A stretch of DNA of 61,513 nucleotides, counting the filler, from Globobulimina sp. (Eukaryota): assembly GCA_003354225.1 (NCBI GenBank). It is 23 parts of 23 records of this genome, joined end to end, with 100 filler letters (N's around TTAATTAATTAA, not from the genome) between each part and the next. Parts side by side here need not be neighbours in the genome. Positions count along the whole stretch, not along the records: positions 32,165 to 34,743 come from PIVH01005888.1; positions 34,844 to 37,421 come from PIVH01005889.1; positions 37,522 to 40,099 come from PIVH01005890.1; positions 40,200 to 42,777 come from PIVH01005891.1; positions 42,878 to 45,454 come from PIVH01005892.1; 18 more parts are not named here. One strand, written 5' to 3'. Positions 32,819-45,554 of the stretch are shown piece after piece. The translations under genes were made by a program, and so were the position numbers. Numbering within the stretch: the first letter of the stretch is position 1; each line of letters begins with the position of its first letter. A model generated the notes under the pieces. That model saw only the letters and a list, made by a program, of their open reading frames with translations. It was not told where the DNA came from and ran no database searches.

Positions 32819-34551
32819 CTATATTTCCAGATATTTATATAATTTATCATAGCCTAGTATTTCATCAAAGTCATACAATTTCCGTTTTTGTTGAACTATA
32901 TCATCAATGGTGCAGCCCGGATTATCAATTTGATTCTCAAAACTTGTTTTCCTCATAATACAATGCAACAAAACATCAAACGCGTCGGAAAAGCCAGCTT
33001 CCCCATTGGTATAAAGTATTTTCGGTATCATCCTCAACAAGTTCTTCCTTAACAATTTTATATATTCCCTCGGCAAACTCATTAATTGTTTCAGATAATA
33101 CTCTGGTTGCAACACAATATACCACGGCTCTAAGTTTCCTCCAAAACATTCAAATTCCGCACTCATAACACCCGATAAAAAAACGGGGATACATCCAGCC
33201 ACCATACCATCCCACAAAGCCTTCCTCGTAGTGCTATCAGCTCCATCTTGCAAACAAAACGCTGCCTTGTCGTACAAATCTATGCATTTCTTCCCGTATT
33301 CCAACTCAACCGAACGTTTCCTCGATGACTGATTCGAAATGCCTTTATCCTTCAACCTCTGCTCAAATGCCTCAGAATCTTCAAACCTACACAGTTCCTT
33401 GTATCCAGACACAATCCCCCAGCGATTATATTTTGTTTTTTTGCAATTCTTCATAGCATTTTCCCGCAGCGGCGTCCTCACCGCACCACAAAAAGCAAGC
33501 AAAATGTCCCGTTTCTTAGCCCAAGATTCCCTAATTTTATCTATTCGAGTTTTCAATGACAACACATTTCTGGGATGGAAATTAGAAGGATGTGGCATAG
33601 AAATCCTCTTCAAACACCCTGGAGGATCACCGTGGCAGTTCCTGTCAATTGAAACGTGCCAATAATGAGCCACATCACCTATAAATAGGTAAAATTTATC
33701 AATATTGAATAGCAGAAACTGTATATACTGAAAATACCATCTTTTAAGTCCCAGAATTTTGAGCCCAGTCGCCCCATTCTTGAGGTTTCATACGCGATGC
33801 GTCCATATAACAAAAAGTGTGTTTTCTTTTTGAAATATTTTTTGAATGCAGGAGTGTCAGACAATACATTGTACAGTTCCATGTGTGGCCCAGTTATGCG
33901 GTCCACATCGCTGCGGTGGTAATATCTGAAATGCTGCGCGAATGGGTATGGAATGTGGAATATTTGTGCTTGATCAGGATTGTCTGTCAGGTAATAAGTG
34001 GCTTTCTTGAATCTTTCATTTAGTATGATTTCCAATGAGTGCATATGTGTGGAATGGAAGTCAGCTTCGTTGTCCCTTACGAGGGCATCGCCAAAACCAA
34101 AATTAAATCTTGCGGTGTCGTTATAGTTTGCATGCGATTGTCTGTTAAACATTTCATACCAACGCATACGTGGCAATTCTCGCATTTTCCATGGCAAATC
34201 ATAAACATATACTTTATGCCGCAATGATGTGTTTAGATGACAAACATCACTGTTTGTGTTAGTTGATGGCTCTGTGTTGATGTCTTTTGATTGAATGTTT
34301 CTGTCTGTTGGTTTTGCATCGGTTTGGATGGGTTTTTCAGGTATTATGTCAATTTCAATTTCGTTTTCTTTGTCACATTTTATGATTTGATTTTTTATTA
34401 CATTGCCGATGAGCTTTTCTGGTGCATGCAGGTAGGATGAGAGAAGCATTATATTCATAGATATGGACACGATGAGCAGAATCAAAATGCCAACAGTTAT
34501 GCTCATAGATAACTTGCCCCGTTTAACGCGACTAGTGTGTAAAGTGCGCAT
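32819..34551 (-). CDS. Exostosin-family (GT47) glycosyltransferase, type II membrane protein
   Basis: N-terminal TM; KVYVYDLP, TDNPDQAQIFHIPY and FCLQDGADSTTRKALWDGMVAGCIPVF. A 59-nt intron (33737-33679) joins the two ORFs in frame. Confidence 0.9.
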
Positions 34552-34843
34552 GCTGTGTACTGAAGCATTTCAATCAAAAACTCAAACGGTTCGATCAGAA
34601 TTCAAAGATAAAAAAAAACAGTAAAAATGAAGGGAATAAAACAATAAATTGCCACATGAAATAAAAAATGATTACTCACAATCGATATCAATCAATCAAA
34701 TTTAACAACAAACCAAATCACTGTGTAATCCATGAATTAATCTNNNNNNNNNNNNNNNNNNNNNNNNNNNNNNNNNNNNNNNNNNNNTTAATTAATTAAN
34801 NNNNNNNNNNNNNNNNNNNNNNNNNNNNNNNNNNNNNNNNNNN

Positions 34844-34888
34844 GGTCACAGCGGCTAGCGCGCGTTAGCGCGCGACGTCGCTGTGATT
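34844..34888. repeat. GC-rich stem-loop at contig start
   Basis: ggtcacagcggc pairs with gtcgctgtgatt around an inner gcgcgc-gtta-gcgcgc stem. Confidence 0.7.
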
Positions 34889-36294
34889 TAAATGGTATTG
34901 ACAGATGGTATTTGGGGTAAGAGAGTGTAATTTCACAGATTCAGCATATAATATAGGATAGAAACACACACACAAAAGCTATAATATTTGGACCTAATTT
35001 TACGAGATTGCAAATGCTGTACATACATAAAAATAAATCATTTGCTGCTATACAAATATAGTTATACAATAAATTCGTCCCGTTTTATATTTATTTATCC
35101 AATGTACATTCGATTATAAACAATACGCCTTTGATTGTGGAAATAATGGTTTACTTTGGGACCGATGACCTTATATATTGTGATTAGCAATGGTACATCA
35201 ATATCATCGGGATTGAGGTATGCGAAGATAATGCTTGAAATACATAATGGTTGGGCTTTGCCAATGGCAGATCGGGAGAAATTATCAATCAATCCCGTAA
35301 TTCTTGCATTATTCGCGGCCGTCGTACCTTTAATTCTTACATAATTAAAAAATATTTGCACAAATTCTTGTGTCGATATATTAATAGCGTCGACTTGGTC
35401 GTCCGGGGTTACTCTTGCTTTGAATACATAAATCAATGTTAAGAAGCATTTACTATGTATTTAAAAGGTGAGATATAATTTATACTTTAGAACAGCATTA
35501 TATTTGTAAATTTAATAATTTGTCTCTTTTTCATGAATCAAAAACAGTTTAAGCAAGGAAGTTATGATACTCATACACTTGTGAAAAACCGCATATTTTG
35601 GGATTCATGTTTGAACATAGTAACAAGACGTTCATATGATAAAAAAATCCAGAAATCCAATATTATTTTATGTATTTGTTGAATATAAATATTACAACAA
35701 TTCTGTCATATTTTCGCGGCAGTTGAGAAGGCAGATCATTACTTTTCATTTGTATACGTCTGACTATATTTTGCAAACGTACAAATGGAAAATAATAACA
35801 TACTCAGAACAAAAAATGTTGTGCTCAAATTCACAAAACACAAAATTAACCAATTAACATTTGTTTGATAAATTGAGATATGATTTGGATGTCCAGATAA
35901 TATCAATCTTATCCCGTGACTCCCGTCCAATGTATTCATTCACATATTTTATGATAATATCATTGTTCCAATATTGTTTTATATTATCTCTTCAGTTTTG
36001 TTCATCATAATTGCAATTCATATCATTCGATCTTTTTTGTAGGGAATTCCATATATTCTGTGATCAAATCCGTTCCAAAATTATATTATTTGAAAACATT
36101 TCTGTATCGTTGTATACTCACATGATATTGCTTTGATTCTTTGTAGTTGTCAGCTGCCGCGAAAATCGGTGGAATGGGTTCATATACGAAGGGAGGACTG
36201 GGTTACAGCGTTCGTTGGAGATCGATTGTATCGCATCTCGATTAAAAAAAACAATTGTAAGCTCCGAACATTTCCAAAACTTAACAAGTGTGAT

Positions 36295-37167
36295 ATGAAT
36301 CAGCGTCAGTCACGGTACTTTTGGATACTTGCGCTCGTACTGTGCGATGTATGTATTGTAATTTATTTGAATTTCTCATTATCGATAACTTTTCCTTCAC
36401 AAAATGCTGGAGACTCAAGAATCCAACCTATGCGACGAGCATATGATGCAATTGAATACCAAAATAAAATAATGATTAATATTGCTCACGTGATTAATCC
36501 ATTTGAGTGCGTTAAGAATCATCCAACATATTTGCGCGAAGCACAGTTAATCGCATTTGCATCAATAATCAATGCCAAACGAGAAGCATTAAAACATGAT
36601 ATTAAAGTGCATATTTATACGATTAATTTTCCTGAGGACGATGCATTTATCTCCAAACATATTAAGAAAGAATTTATACCTTTACCATATCTCACACGTT
36701 CACTTAAATCAGCTCATAAGCAGTTATTACAGAAATATGTTTGGGATAACCCTGATAACAAAGATAATTTTACTCTTTCTAACCCGCCGCCGGTGCCTAT
36801 GGTTGGTGATATTATCCAGGCACTTTATAATTATTCCAATCAATTGCAAAATGATCATGGCACAAATATGGAATACTTAATGTTTAGCAATGTCGATATT
36901 GGATTACAAAGAAACTTTTATGTCGATGTATACAACAAACTGAGTCAAAACAATTCAGATAAACGTGAACAGAGAGCCTTAATTATAAATCGAAGAACCA
37001 TTCCAAAAGCGATTAATAATCACTATCTAACTTATAAAGATTTAAATATTATTTATGAGCTCGGCCAAAGTGAAAAATTAAGCGATAGACATCCTGGCTT
37101 TGATTGCTTTATATGGGATAAACGAATTACACCCAACATAAATTTAGCGGATTTATTCTTAGGCTAT
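36295..37167 (+). CDS. Glycosyltransferase-like type II membrane protein, first exon
   Basis: ATG at 36295, N-terminal TM, motifs IAHVINPF, YLMFSNVDI, INRRTIP and HPGFDCFIW. Probable donor GTAATG at 37168; the rest is lost in a foldback. Confidence 0.6.
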
Positions 37168-37421
37168 GTAATGATTCATATTCATACTATTTATTACATT
37201 TTCAGTTTTTATAACAACAAGTTGTACGAAATTTCATATACAATTCTAAATATAACTTTTTTGTTTGAAAAAATAACTTTTCTCAAACAAAAAAGTTATA
37301 TTTGAAATTTCATATACAAAAAAAAACAACTTGTTGTTATAAAAACTGAAAATGTAATAAATAGTATGAATATGAATAATTACATAGCCTAAGAATAAAT
37401 CCGCTAAATTTATTTTGGGTG
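37130..37421. repeat. Long inverted repeat (foldback) at contig end
   Basis: 37130-37225 is the reverse complement of 37326-37421 (96 bp, 2 mismatches). A nested IR spans 37248-37303. Confidence 0.92.
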
Positions 37422-37697
37422 NNNNNNNNNNNNNNNNNNNNNNNNNNNNNNNNNNNNNNNNNNNNTTAATTAATTAANNNNNNNNNNNNNNNNNNNNNNN
37501 NNNNNNNNNNNNNNNNNNNNNATTGTGCACTTACTTATGCACTTGCACTTGTACTGAAAGGGTGATTTTTTTTTTGTAAGTATTAATTATTACTATTAAG
37601 TTTGAAAACTTTTAACTGAAAATAACATGGCACTCTCGCTACAAACGTAAACGGCAATTATCTATTTTATTGGTTTAACTATCGTAGTTAACAAATA

Positions 37698-39314
37698 ATG
37701 GGCAACTCACATGACAAAAGCAAGTAGATACATTTCCCCATCACCTATCAAAACAAACAAATAAAAAATAAATAACACAGCACACGGAGGGCGAGGTCAA
37801 GCTCTTGGCTCTGCCTACGAACCTCCACCAAAAGCCACCAACAAATCTAAAAAGAAGAAAAAATCTAAAAAACAAAAAAAACGGCCACCACCAGCAGCAA
37901 TCTACCATTCCCAGGCCGAGCAACGAGCAGCACGCTCCAAATTAGTTCAAAATAAGCAAATCAACGTCCAATCCGAACTCAACAAAAAAGAAAAAATGCT
38001 CCATATAATGAATGCAGCAGACGCACTCTCGCAAGGTCAACGAGCTCCCGATGCGCCACAATCAATGAAAATGGAATCACAATCAAACCCCAAAACAACT
38101 AAAACCGCCACCAAAGCTGCCAATAACACATCGAATCCAAATCTAACCTCCATATATATGGCGGACCCATCATCCAAACAAGCATTGGCTGCGGAGATGC
38201 GAATACAACAGAAACAGAGCAAAAAAGCAAAGAATTCGGAAGAACGCAAGAACCGAACACGGGATTTATTATTTGGGGATGCACTGAAAATCAGGGATGA
38301 CGATATTGAGGATGCGAATACGAATATAAATAAACATACTAATAAATCTGCACAATTTCCTAAATCAGATCGTGTTGTGCCATTAAGCAGTGTTTCAAAC
38401 ATAGCGAGTCCATCCAGACAAGTATTGGCTGCGGAGAAGAGAATACAACAGAAACAAAGCAAAAAAATAAAGAATTCGGAGCAACGCAAGAATCGAACGC
38501 GTGATTTATTATTTGGCGATGCATTGGAAGTCAGGGATGACGATGTTGAGGATACGGATAAGAATACGAATATAAACACAAATAAAACTACTAATAAATC
38601 TGCGCAGTTTTATAAATCTGATCGTGACGTGCCGTTAAGCAGTGATTCAAAGATAGCGGGTGCAGCGTTAGCAAGGTTGGACAAACAGAAAAATAATAGG
38701 ATTATAAATCAGAAAGATCGTAAACAGAGAACTATGAAATTAATGCATGGCGATTTATTACAAGCTGAGGATGAGGTAAAAGCTGCTCCGAGACAGAGTG
38801 CTTACGACGAGGACATGGTTAAGTTGAAAGTTTTTTAATTTTGAAGTAAACATTTTTAATTTTACCGTTTTTGTAATTTTTGTGTGTTTAGGATCCAGAG
38901 ATAGTGGCTGTGCACCAAAGTGTGTTGAATTTAAATAATTGCAATAAGCATGAAAAAATGCCGGCAACTGCGAAATTATTAAGGAAGGTTATTACAAATT
39001 TATTGGGTGCAGAGACGAGAGCAGATCAGGAGAAATTTGGTAAATTGAGATTGAGCAATAAGAAAATAAAAGCAGCCTTTGTTGACATGGAGTATGGTGT
39101 GGAAACCTTGGAATCGTTGGGGTTTTACCAGAAAAAGATATATAATGATAAGGAGCATAAGATGGATGATTATATGGTCTTTGATTTTGTAAATGTAAAT
39201 CATAAGTTGAGTGGATTTGTTTTTTGTGTGTGAGTATGATGTAATTTTGTGATAATATGTAGGGGGTTAATACATGTGGTCGATTTATTGAATGAGTATT
39301 ATCCAGAACAATGA
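37698..39314 (+). CDS. PUB-domain p97/Cdc48 cofactor-like protein, four exons
   Basis: MGNSHDK start; SHP-like GGRGQALG; two ~80-aa internal repeats; PUB-like LLRKVITNLL..EKFGKLRLSNKKIK..GVETLESLGF. Introns at 37720-37780 (GC-AG), 38818-38891 and 39206-39262 all keep frame. Confidence 0.78.
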
Positions 39315-39712
39315 CAGTGAGTTTATTAACATTTGGTGGGAACTTTTTTAAAATATTTTTTGCTTTGATTGTTCTAATTATTTTTTATTTTCTTTGCCGA
39401 CTTTGCGTCGTAGATTTATTTTTATTTCTTCAGTTTAGACAGCAACAAAACATGGTCAATAAATATACTAAGAATACATTCGAGCCACCATAAATGCCAA
39501 TGAATATCCACTATGAACATATTTATAACTGATATTATGCGCAAATAAATCAATAGTCATCAAAAAACAATATGGACCAAGTGCTGTGATTTGTAAATCA
39601 AGATTAAACCCAAAACATTGTTTCTTGATGGCAGCTGATTTTTGATCATATCCAGCTACCAGCGATATTAAACTTAATTGAATACAAAATGCAATTATTG
39701 TTGATATTACAC

Positions 39713-39824
39713 TATATGGCAAGAAATTTCGGAGCCATGTAATAAATCTAAAACAAGGTTGTATGTACAACTGAAACAATCTACTGTTGTATGTACAAGT
39801 CTGCAAATACTGTTTCCATTTGAC
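39713..39824 (-). repeat. Dispersed ELO-like repeat, copy 2
   Basis: Matches 26928-27040 with one net indel; the TAG is at the same position. Confidence 0.7.
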
Positions 39825-40913
39825 CCTATATTGTTTCTATCTGACAGTATATCATTTAAAAATTGTTGACTGTACATATAATTATATATACAAAAACTAT
39901 ACAAAAACACCGCAAAAAAAAAATATTAATTATTGAAGCACTTCACGTATAAGTACTTCACGTATATATTTAATTAATTATTATTTTTATTGATTGATCA
40001 AAATAGCTTCCACAATGATTTAACGTCTTTGCTCTTTTTAAAGCCCTTATACCATTTACAAAACGGATAACATACCAATAATACCCCAAACCATGATGGN
40101 NNNNNNNNNNNNNNNNNNNNNNNNNNNNNNNNNNNNNNNNNNNTTAATTAATTAANNNNNNNNNNNNNNNNNNNNNNNNNNNNNNNNNNNNNNNNNNNNA
40201 TGACGTCTATTCACTATACAAAAAGGGCAAAAATAATGAGCAAAGTACTGAGAAATACAACAATTAGATACAATTATCACAATTATCGCACTTCCCCGGT
40301 TTTTAGGATAAGAAAGTGTCCTCACTTTCGATAAGTAAGAACAGAGAGGAAACAAAAAAGGAAATTTTAATGTTTTATATAAAGAAAGGGATTGGGTTCG
40401 GTAATGGAGCAATTAGGATTTTGAATTCAGAATCTAGAGTTCAGAAGGTAGAACCTCCATTTGTAACATATCTAGAATACTGCATGTTTTAGCCGAATGA
40501 AAAAGAGAAGGTTTCGAGAAGGAAAACTGTATTTCGATGAAGAAGTCGACGAAATACTTGCCAAGCGAACTATTTATGTTAAGTCTGCTCAACTAAGTGA
40601 TTATTGAATAAAGTATATGAATGTAAAAGATGTATTGTTATCGTAAATAATTACAAGAACCAAGTTTATATGCGGTAATCAATAAGCAAGAAAACAATTA
40701 AAACTAGTATGGCGGCGCGCAGGCCAAAACAAAAAGGACGCCGAAAGAAATTTACGGCTGCGTATAACAATAATTAGGCGCCAAATTCAAAGAGAACTAA
40801 TTAGTATGTACACGAGTAAATTAGAGCATACAATAAAACAAGAAAGAGATGACAATGGTTATATACAATAATTAGTAGTATGACAAATGTGGTATCTCAC
40901 AACTTCCCCGGTT

Positions 40914-42188
40914 TTAAATCGGATCCGTCCCGGAGCCGCTTTGATGTTGGGTGGTGGTTTCGGTGGTTTCGGTGGTTTCGAATTCTTCAGAACCGAGTTC
41001 TTCATCAATGACGATGTATTGGTCATCTCCTGTAATGTTCGGATTTTTCTGAATGGTACGATTGAGCAGTTCTTTATTGATTTTGATGAGTGCTGCTTCG
41101 GCGATTCTATCAAATCGATGTTGACGAGTGACAGTCAAAAATTGACGTTGTTGTATTTGGTCGATTTCATAGTGATCGGGTATTTGTCCATTTGTTGTTT
41201 GATATATGGACTGATACATGGTAGTGGCGTAATGAAAGATGTATTCTCGGGCTCCGTTGATAGCTTCGACGAGTTCGACAAGGTTGAAACGTGGGTAATT
41301 GTGCATAGCCCAGCCAAGGTCTCTGGCAGTTTCTAACAATTCTTGATGAGCGACTTGTTTTTGATGATAACGAACTTTGGTCCGAGCTTTCATACGAGCT
41401 GATTTTGAACGCCGTTTTGGTTGATGAGCAGATGGTCGATGTTGAATAGCTTGTGATGACGACGGTTGTTCAGCTAGACTTTGAAGTATGGCTTTTTCGG
41501 TGTCGTCGTTGTCATCTGAGATTTCTCCTTCTTCCATCTCTGAATCGGTTGATTTTTGTGCCATAGATGGTGAGTCGAAATGTTCGAAAGTTGGCGTAGG
41601 TGTTGGGTCATTGGGTTGAGCGATGTCATCTTTTTGAACGATTTGCATCATTGGTACTTGTGTTGCTGAATGCGTTCTGTTTGAAATCGATGATCCCGAC
41701 GAAGTACTGGGGTCCTGTGGTTTGGTCGGTCGAAAAAGTGGTGCAGGAGCCTCAGTTGGTCGTGGTATGACAGGTAGTGGTTTTTGACGTTTGGCTATGG
41801 TTGATGATGGTGATGAACCTCTTTTTCTTGCCCAGCTTAATGTGCCAGTAGGGCGTAATCGACCTGCGAAGGTCGCGGCACTGCTTTGAATTGCCAAATG
41901 GCTTTTTTCGATCGAAAGAGGCAATAACTGCCGGGGTGAAATCTGGGCTAACGCTCTACCTGTAAAACTGGGAGCTGTGGTTGTAGTAGTGTGTGATTTT
42001 GGTTGATCCGAAGTCGGGGGTAGTCGTCGATGTTCACCGCCGACATGATGGTCCTGTGAACGAAGAGGACTACGACCACGGTTTGTAACAGTATGACTGC
42101 CACTTCGGGAACTCGACCGGCGATTTGAGTCTCGACCTGGGTGGTCCAAACCAGATGGAGATCCAGATCGACGTACAGATGTTCTCAT
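40914..42188 (-). CDS. Hypothetical disordered S/R/P/T-rich protein with helical C-terminal domain, possibly mobile-element encoded
   Basis: Complete 424-codon intronless ORF, visibly more GC-rich than host genes, alone in its contig. Confidence 0.6.
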   Translation of the reverse strand: MRTSVRRSGSPSGLDHPGRDSNRRSSSRSGSHTVTNRGRSPLRSQDHHVGGEHRRLPPTSDQPKSHTTTTTAPSFTGRALAQISPRQLLPLSIEKSHLAIQSSAATFAGRLRPTGTLSWARKRGSSPSSTIAKRQKPLPVIPRPTEAPAPLFRPTKPQDPSTSSGSSISNRTHSATQVPMMQIVQKDDIAQPNDPTPTPTFEHFDSPSMAQKSTDSEMEEGEISDDNDDTEKAILQSLAEQPSSSQAIQHRPSAHQPKRRSKSARMKARTKVRYHQKQVAHQELLETARDLGWAMHNYPRFNLVELVEAINGAREYIFHYATTMYQSIYQTTNGQIPDHYEIDQIQQRQFLTVTRQHRFDRIAEAALIKINKELLNRTIQKNPNITGDDQYIVIDEELGSEEFETTETTETTTQHQSGSGTDPI

Positions 42189-43319
42189 ACTACGTGGGCT
42201 AGATAAACGTAATGATAGTAAAGGTTGTGGGCCAGTAACTGTTTTTGGTTGTGTAGTTGTGCTGACCAGTTTTTACGTGGTTATTTTACGGTCCATGCAT
42301 GTTAGGACTATGTACAACCACTGTTTTTGACTAGACTGAGGAATTACGAGAAGGGAAGAAGTGCCGCAGGCCAAGATCGACGCAAGGGCGCACATTCTTC
42401 GTTTTTCTACCTGAATGAAAACTTTTGACGTTCAAAAACGTTAAGCACTTCAAATACACAAAGCAATATATACACTATAATGACATTTATTACATTATAA
42501 AACGATTTTTTCAGAGGTTATTTTCTTTTTGTGTTTTAGACATAATGACAAACAGTATGTACACGACGAACGGCATCAAAACAAGAGGAGTATATGTACA
42601 AGCATAAAGCTTCTAGTACGACGAAATACACAATTAAAATATCGTATAAATATGTACAATGATTTCTGGAGTGTTTCGGTGATTCTGTTATAAGCTAGAG
42701 AATACTTTCATAAGTACATCTAAGGAGCGTGAATGTCTGAAAGATTATCACGTGATCAGGGCCACTTTTTGGTTATGNNNNNNNNNNNNNNNNNNNNNNN
42801 NNNNNNNNNNNNNNNNNNNNNTTAATTAATTAANNNNNNNNNNNNNNNNNNNNNNNNNNNNNNNNNNNNNNNNNNNNCAATATGACACAACAGAGAGGAG
42901 TTTGGATCTTTCGGTTTGATATATTCTTCACAGCATATTTAATGTTTTCTTTGTGTTTGAGTAATTTTACCGCATTTGTTAAAACCAGATAACTTTCTTC
43001 AAAACTTTAAGAAATCAATTTCCTTACTTCTCTACTAACCCTAAAACCTTGCATTTTTAATACGACTATTCCCTTTTCAAGAATACTAATACGAGATAAA
43101 AACTACAATATAAAAGTTAGTCTGCCATTCCTCGAAATTGCCTTAGCAAAAGAGAATGCATATAGACTGAGAAAAAATGAATTAAATTGTATATATAAAA
43201 AAATTAACAAATTCCCCCCAAATAAAATGCGAATAAACTACCCTGAATTATTGATACAAATCATAAATATTGTATACTATATAGATACGCATTATCGCAT
43301 ATCCAAACTGTATACACAA

Positions 43320-45454
43320 ATGGCACAGAAAAGCTCGCCGCACAAACCATTAGTAAACAGATCGAATACCAATAACAACCAATCAGCCAATAATAACACA
43401 ATGAATAAAATTGAATTAGCATTAAAACCTTCGCAACAACAAAGAAAGAATGTGCCTATCGAATTGCAGAAATTGTTTCACATCAATGATTATTTAGATT
43501 TGCATGGTGATGGCCATATCATTGCCTCGTTCCAAGGCGAATTGTGCCCTGTCAACCAAGATCCGGATTGGACAAAACAAGGCACAGAGTATATTGTAAA
43601 TGCATTCAGAATGGGGGCAGTATTTTACTATGCATCCGATTGGGAAAGACATGATAGTAATCCCCCAAACAACCACAACGACGTACCATATATGAAAAGT
43701 GCAGTCCCCCGTTCCCCATCAAACACATTTACAAAAAGCGATGGCCACTTTCCGCCATTGATACAGAAATATAAATCCACCCTTAAATTATCCCAATACC
43801 CCACTCCCAAACCAATCAATAATCGAAGAAACAATAAAAATAAAATGAAGAAAGATATTGCCGATCAGACGGAGAAAGAAAAGCAATTACAGAATGAGAA
43901 CAGAATAAAGAATATAAAAAGAACCAGAGCCTGCGTCGACTATGAAGTCAAACAAAATGGCGATTTTTGGGATTTTAGATTTAATAAAATTGATTTGAAG
44001 CATGCGGCGGCGGACTTAGAGGATTATAAAATGACGTGGGACGAAGTTAACCTTTGCAAAATGAGCAATGTGGTGGTGACCCCAAACTCGCTGTATATTT
44101 ATTCACCAGTCTCGATTTGGAGGGATTTATTAATTGGAAAATATCCCGATTATGACCGTGCGATAAATTTAATTTATGAGAATGCAGAAATGGACCATCC
44201 GGTTCATCGATTGGCTATACATGAATTGATCCCGTCGACCGAAGTAATATCAAATAAAACAATGTTACATCTCACCCCTTTGACCGGATCGTGCACAGAG
44301 GATATATTAATGGACTTAGATTGGTCTGCGCCGTATCCCCGATTCCAGCATAATAGCATCCAAATTGATTACATTGATAAAAAATTAGAATGGCGTCCAG
44401 TGAATATGGGAATGTTTAATGTGCCTTTGGGCATATTACATAATAATACTTTGCCGCGAATGCTGAATCACAAAATCACAGTTATCATTAACAAACACTT
44501 TTTATTGTATACGATAATTCAAGCAATGATAAATGAGTATGATGTCCGCAAAATTAATTACAAACCATTATTAATGCAATTATTGAAGCCGTATGAGATC
44601 AAAATTGAGCGTAAAAATGCGGTCCATAGAGAATTAAAGAAATGTAAAGCGGATCGATTGCAATCGAATAAAGAAGAAAGCAAAAGTCCGAGCATCTGCA
44701 GTGACCCACAAAGCGATGAAGATCAATGGTACGATGATAAATTGACAGAAATCAACCAAAGATATACGAAAATGATCCAATTAATTGAGAAATCTATGGT
44801 GAAATCCGAAGATATAATCGATGCAAACCGTGTGGCCGCGAGAAGATTCTGCAGAGCGACATTCTATCACTTCCAGAATGCGACTGGCAGCGATTTACCA
44901 ATCCCTACTTGGGTCAAATCCGAGAGCTGGTTCAAAATGATCCGATTGGTTGTCGCCGATAATTGTGTACAAAGCGTGGGTCGGCCACAGAGAACAGAAT
45001 TGATGTATGATGAGAGAAATGTATATATTACGCCGATAACGATCATCGGAGTTAACCCAAAATTATTAGTGGGCGAAGATTCCATTAATTTCCCCGCAAT
45101 GCGCCTACATTTTGGAACCATATCGAAATTCCTGGTATTATACCAAAACGATTTTTTCACCGATTATTTGATAACAGTGGGAAACTGCGCGTGCGGCAAA
45201 AAATTCTCGGGCCACGATAACTGCCCGGAACAGGCGAATTTTATGGCGAAAGAAATAAATAAAATAAAACAAAAATATAACAGAGGCAAAACAACCAAAC
45301 AAAAGATGGAAGCGGATATTAAAGCAATTGTATCAATTAAATGTATTCGATGTACGTATTGGGGGCATTTTGGCGATGACTGTAAATGTAATGACGTGCG
45401 CTGTCTTTGTTGTTATTGTTCGAAACATATTCGGACATTGAACATTAAAATATG
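43320..45454 (+). mobile_element. Non-LTR retrotransposon ORF1 / gag-like protein, 3'-truncated
   Basis: Intronless ORF of more than 700 codons ending in CIRCTYWGHFGDDC (CX2CX4HX4C) plus the start of a second knuckle, RCLCCYCSKH. Confidence 0.6.
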
Positions 45455-45554
45455 NNNNNNNNNNNNNNNNNNNNNNNNNNNNNNNNNNNNNNNNNNNNTT
45501 AATTAATTAANNNNNNNNNNNNNNNNNNNNNNNNNNNNNNNNNNNNNNNNNNNN

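Noticed and set aside
35095-36120. Fragmented minus-strand coding-like sequence
   Set aside because: Multiple stops and no identifiable family, so I cannot support a call beyond decayed DNA.
43033-43050. ctaaccctaaaacc telomere-like motif
   Set aside because: Fewer than two clean units and internal to a contig.
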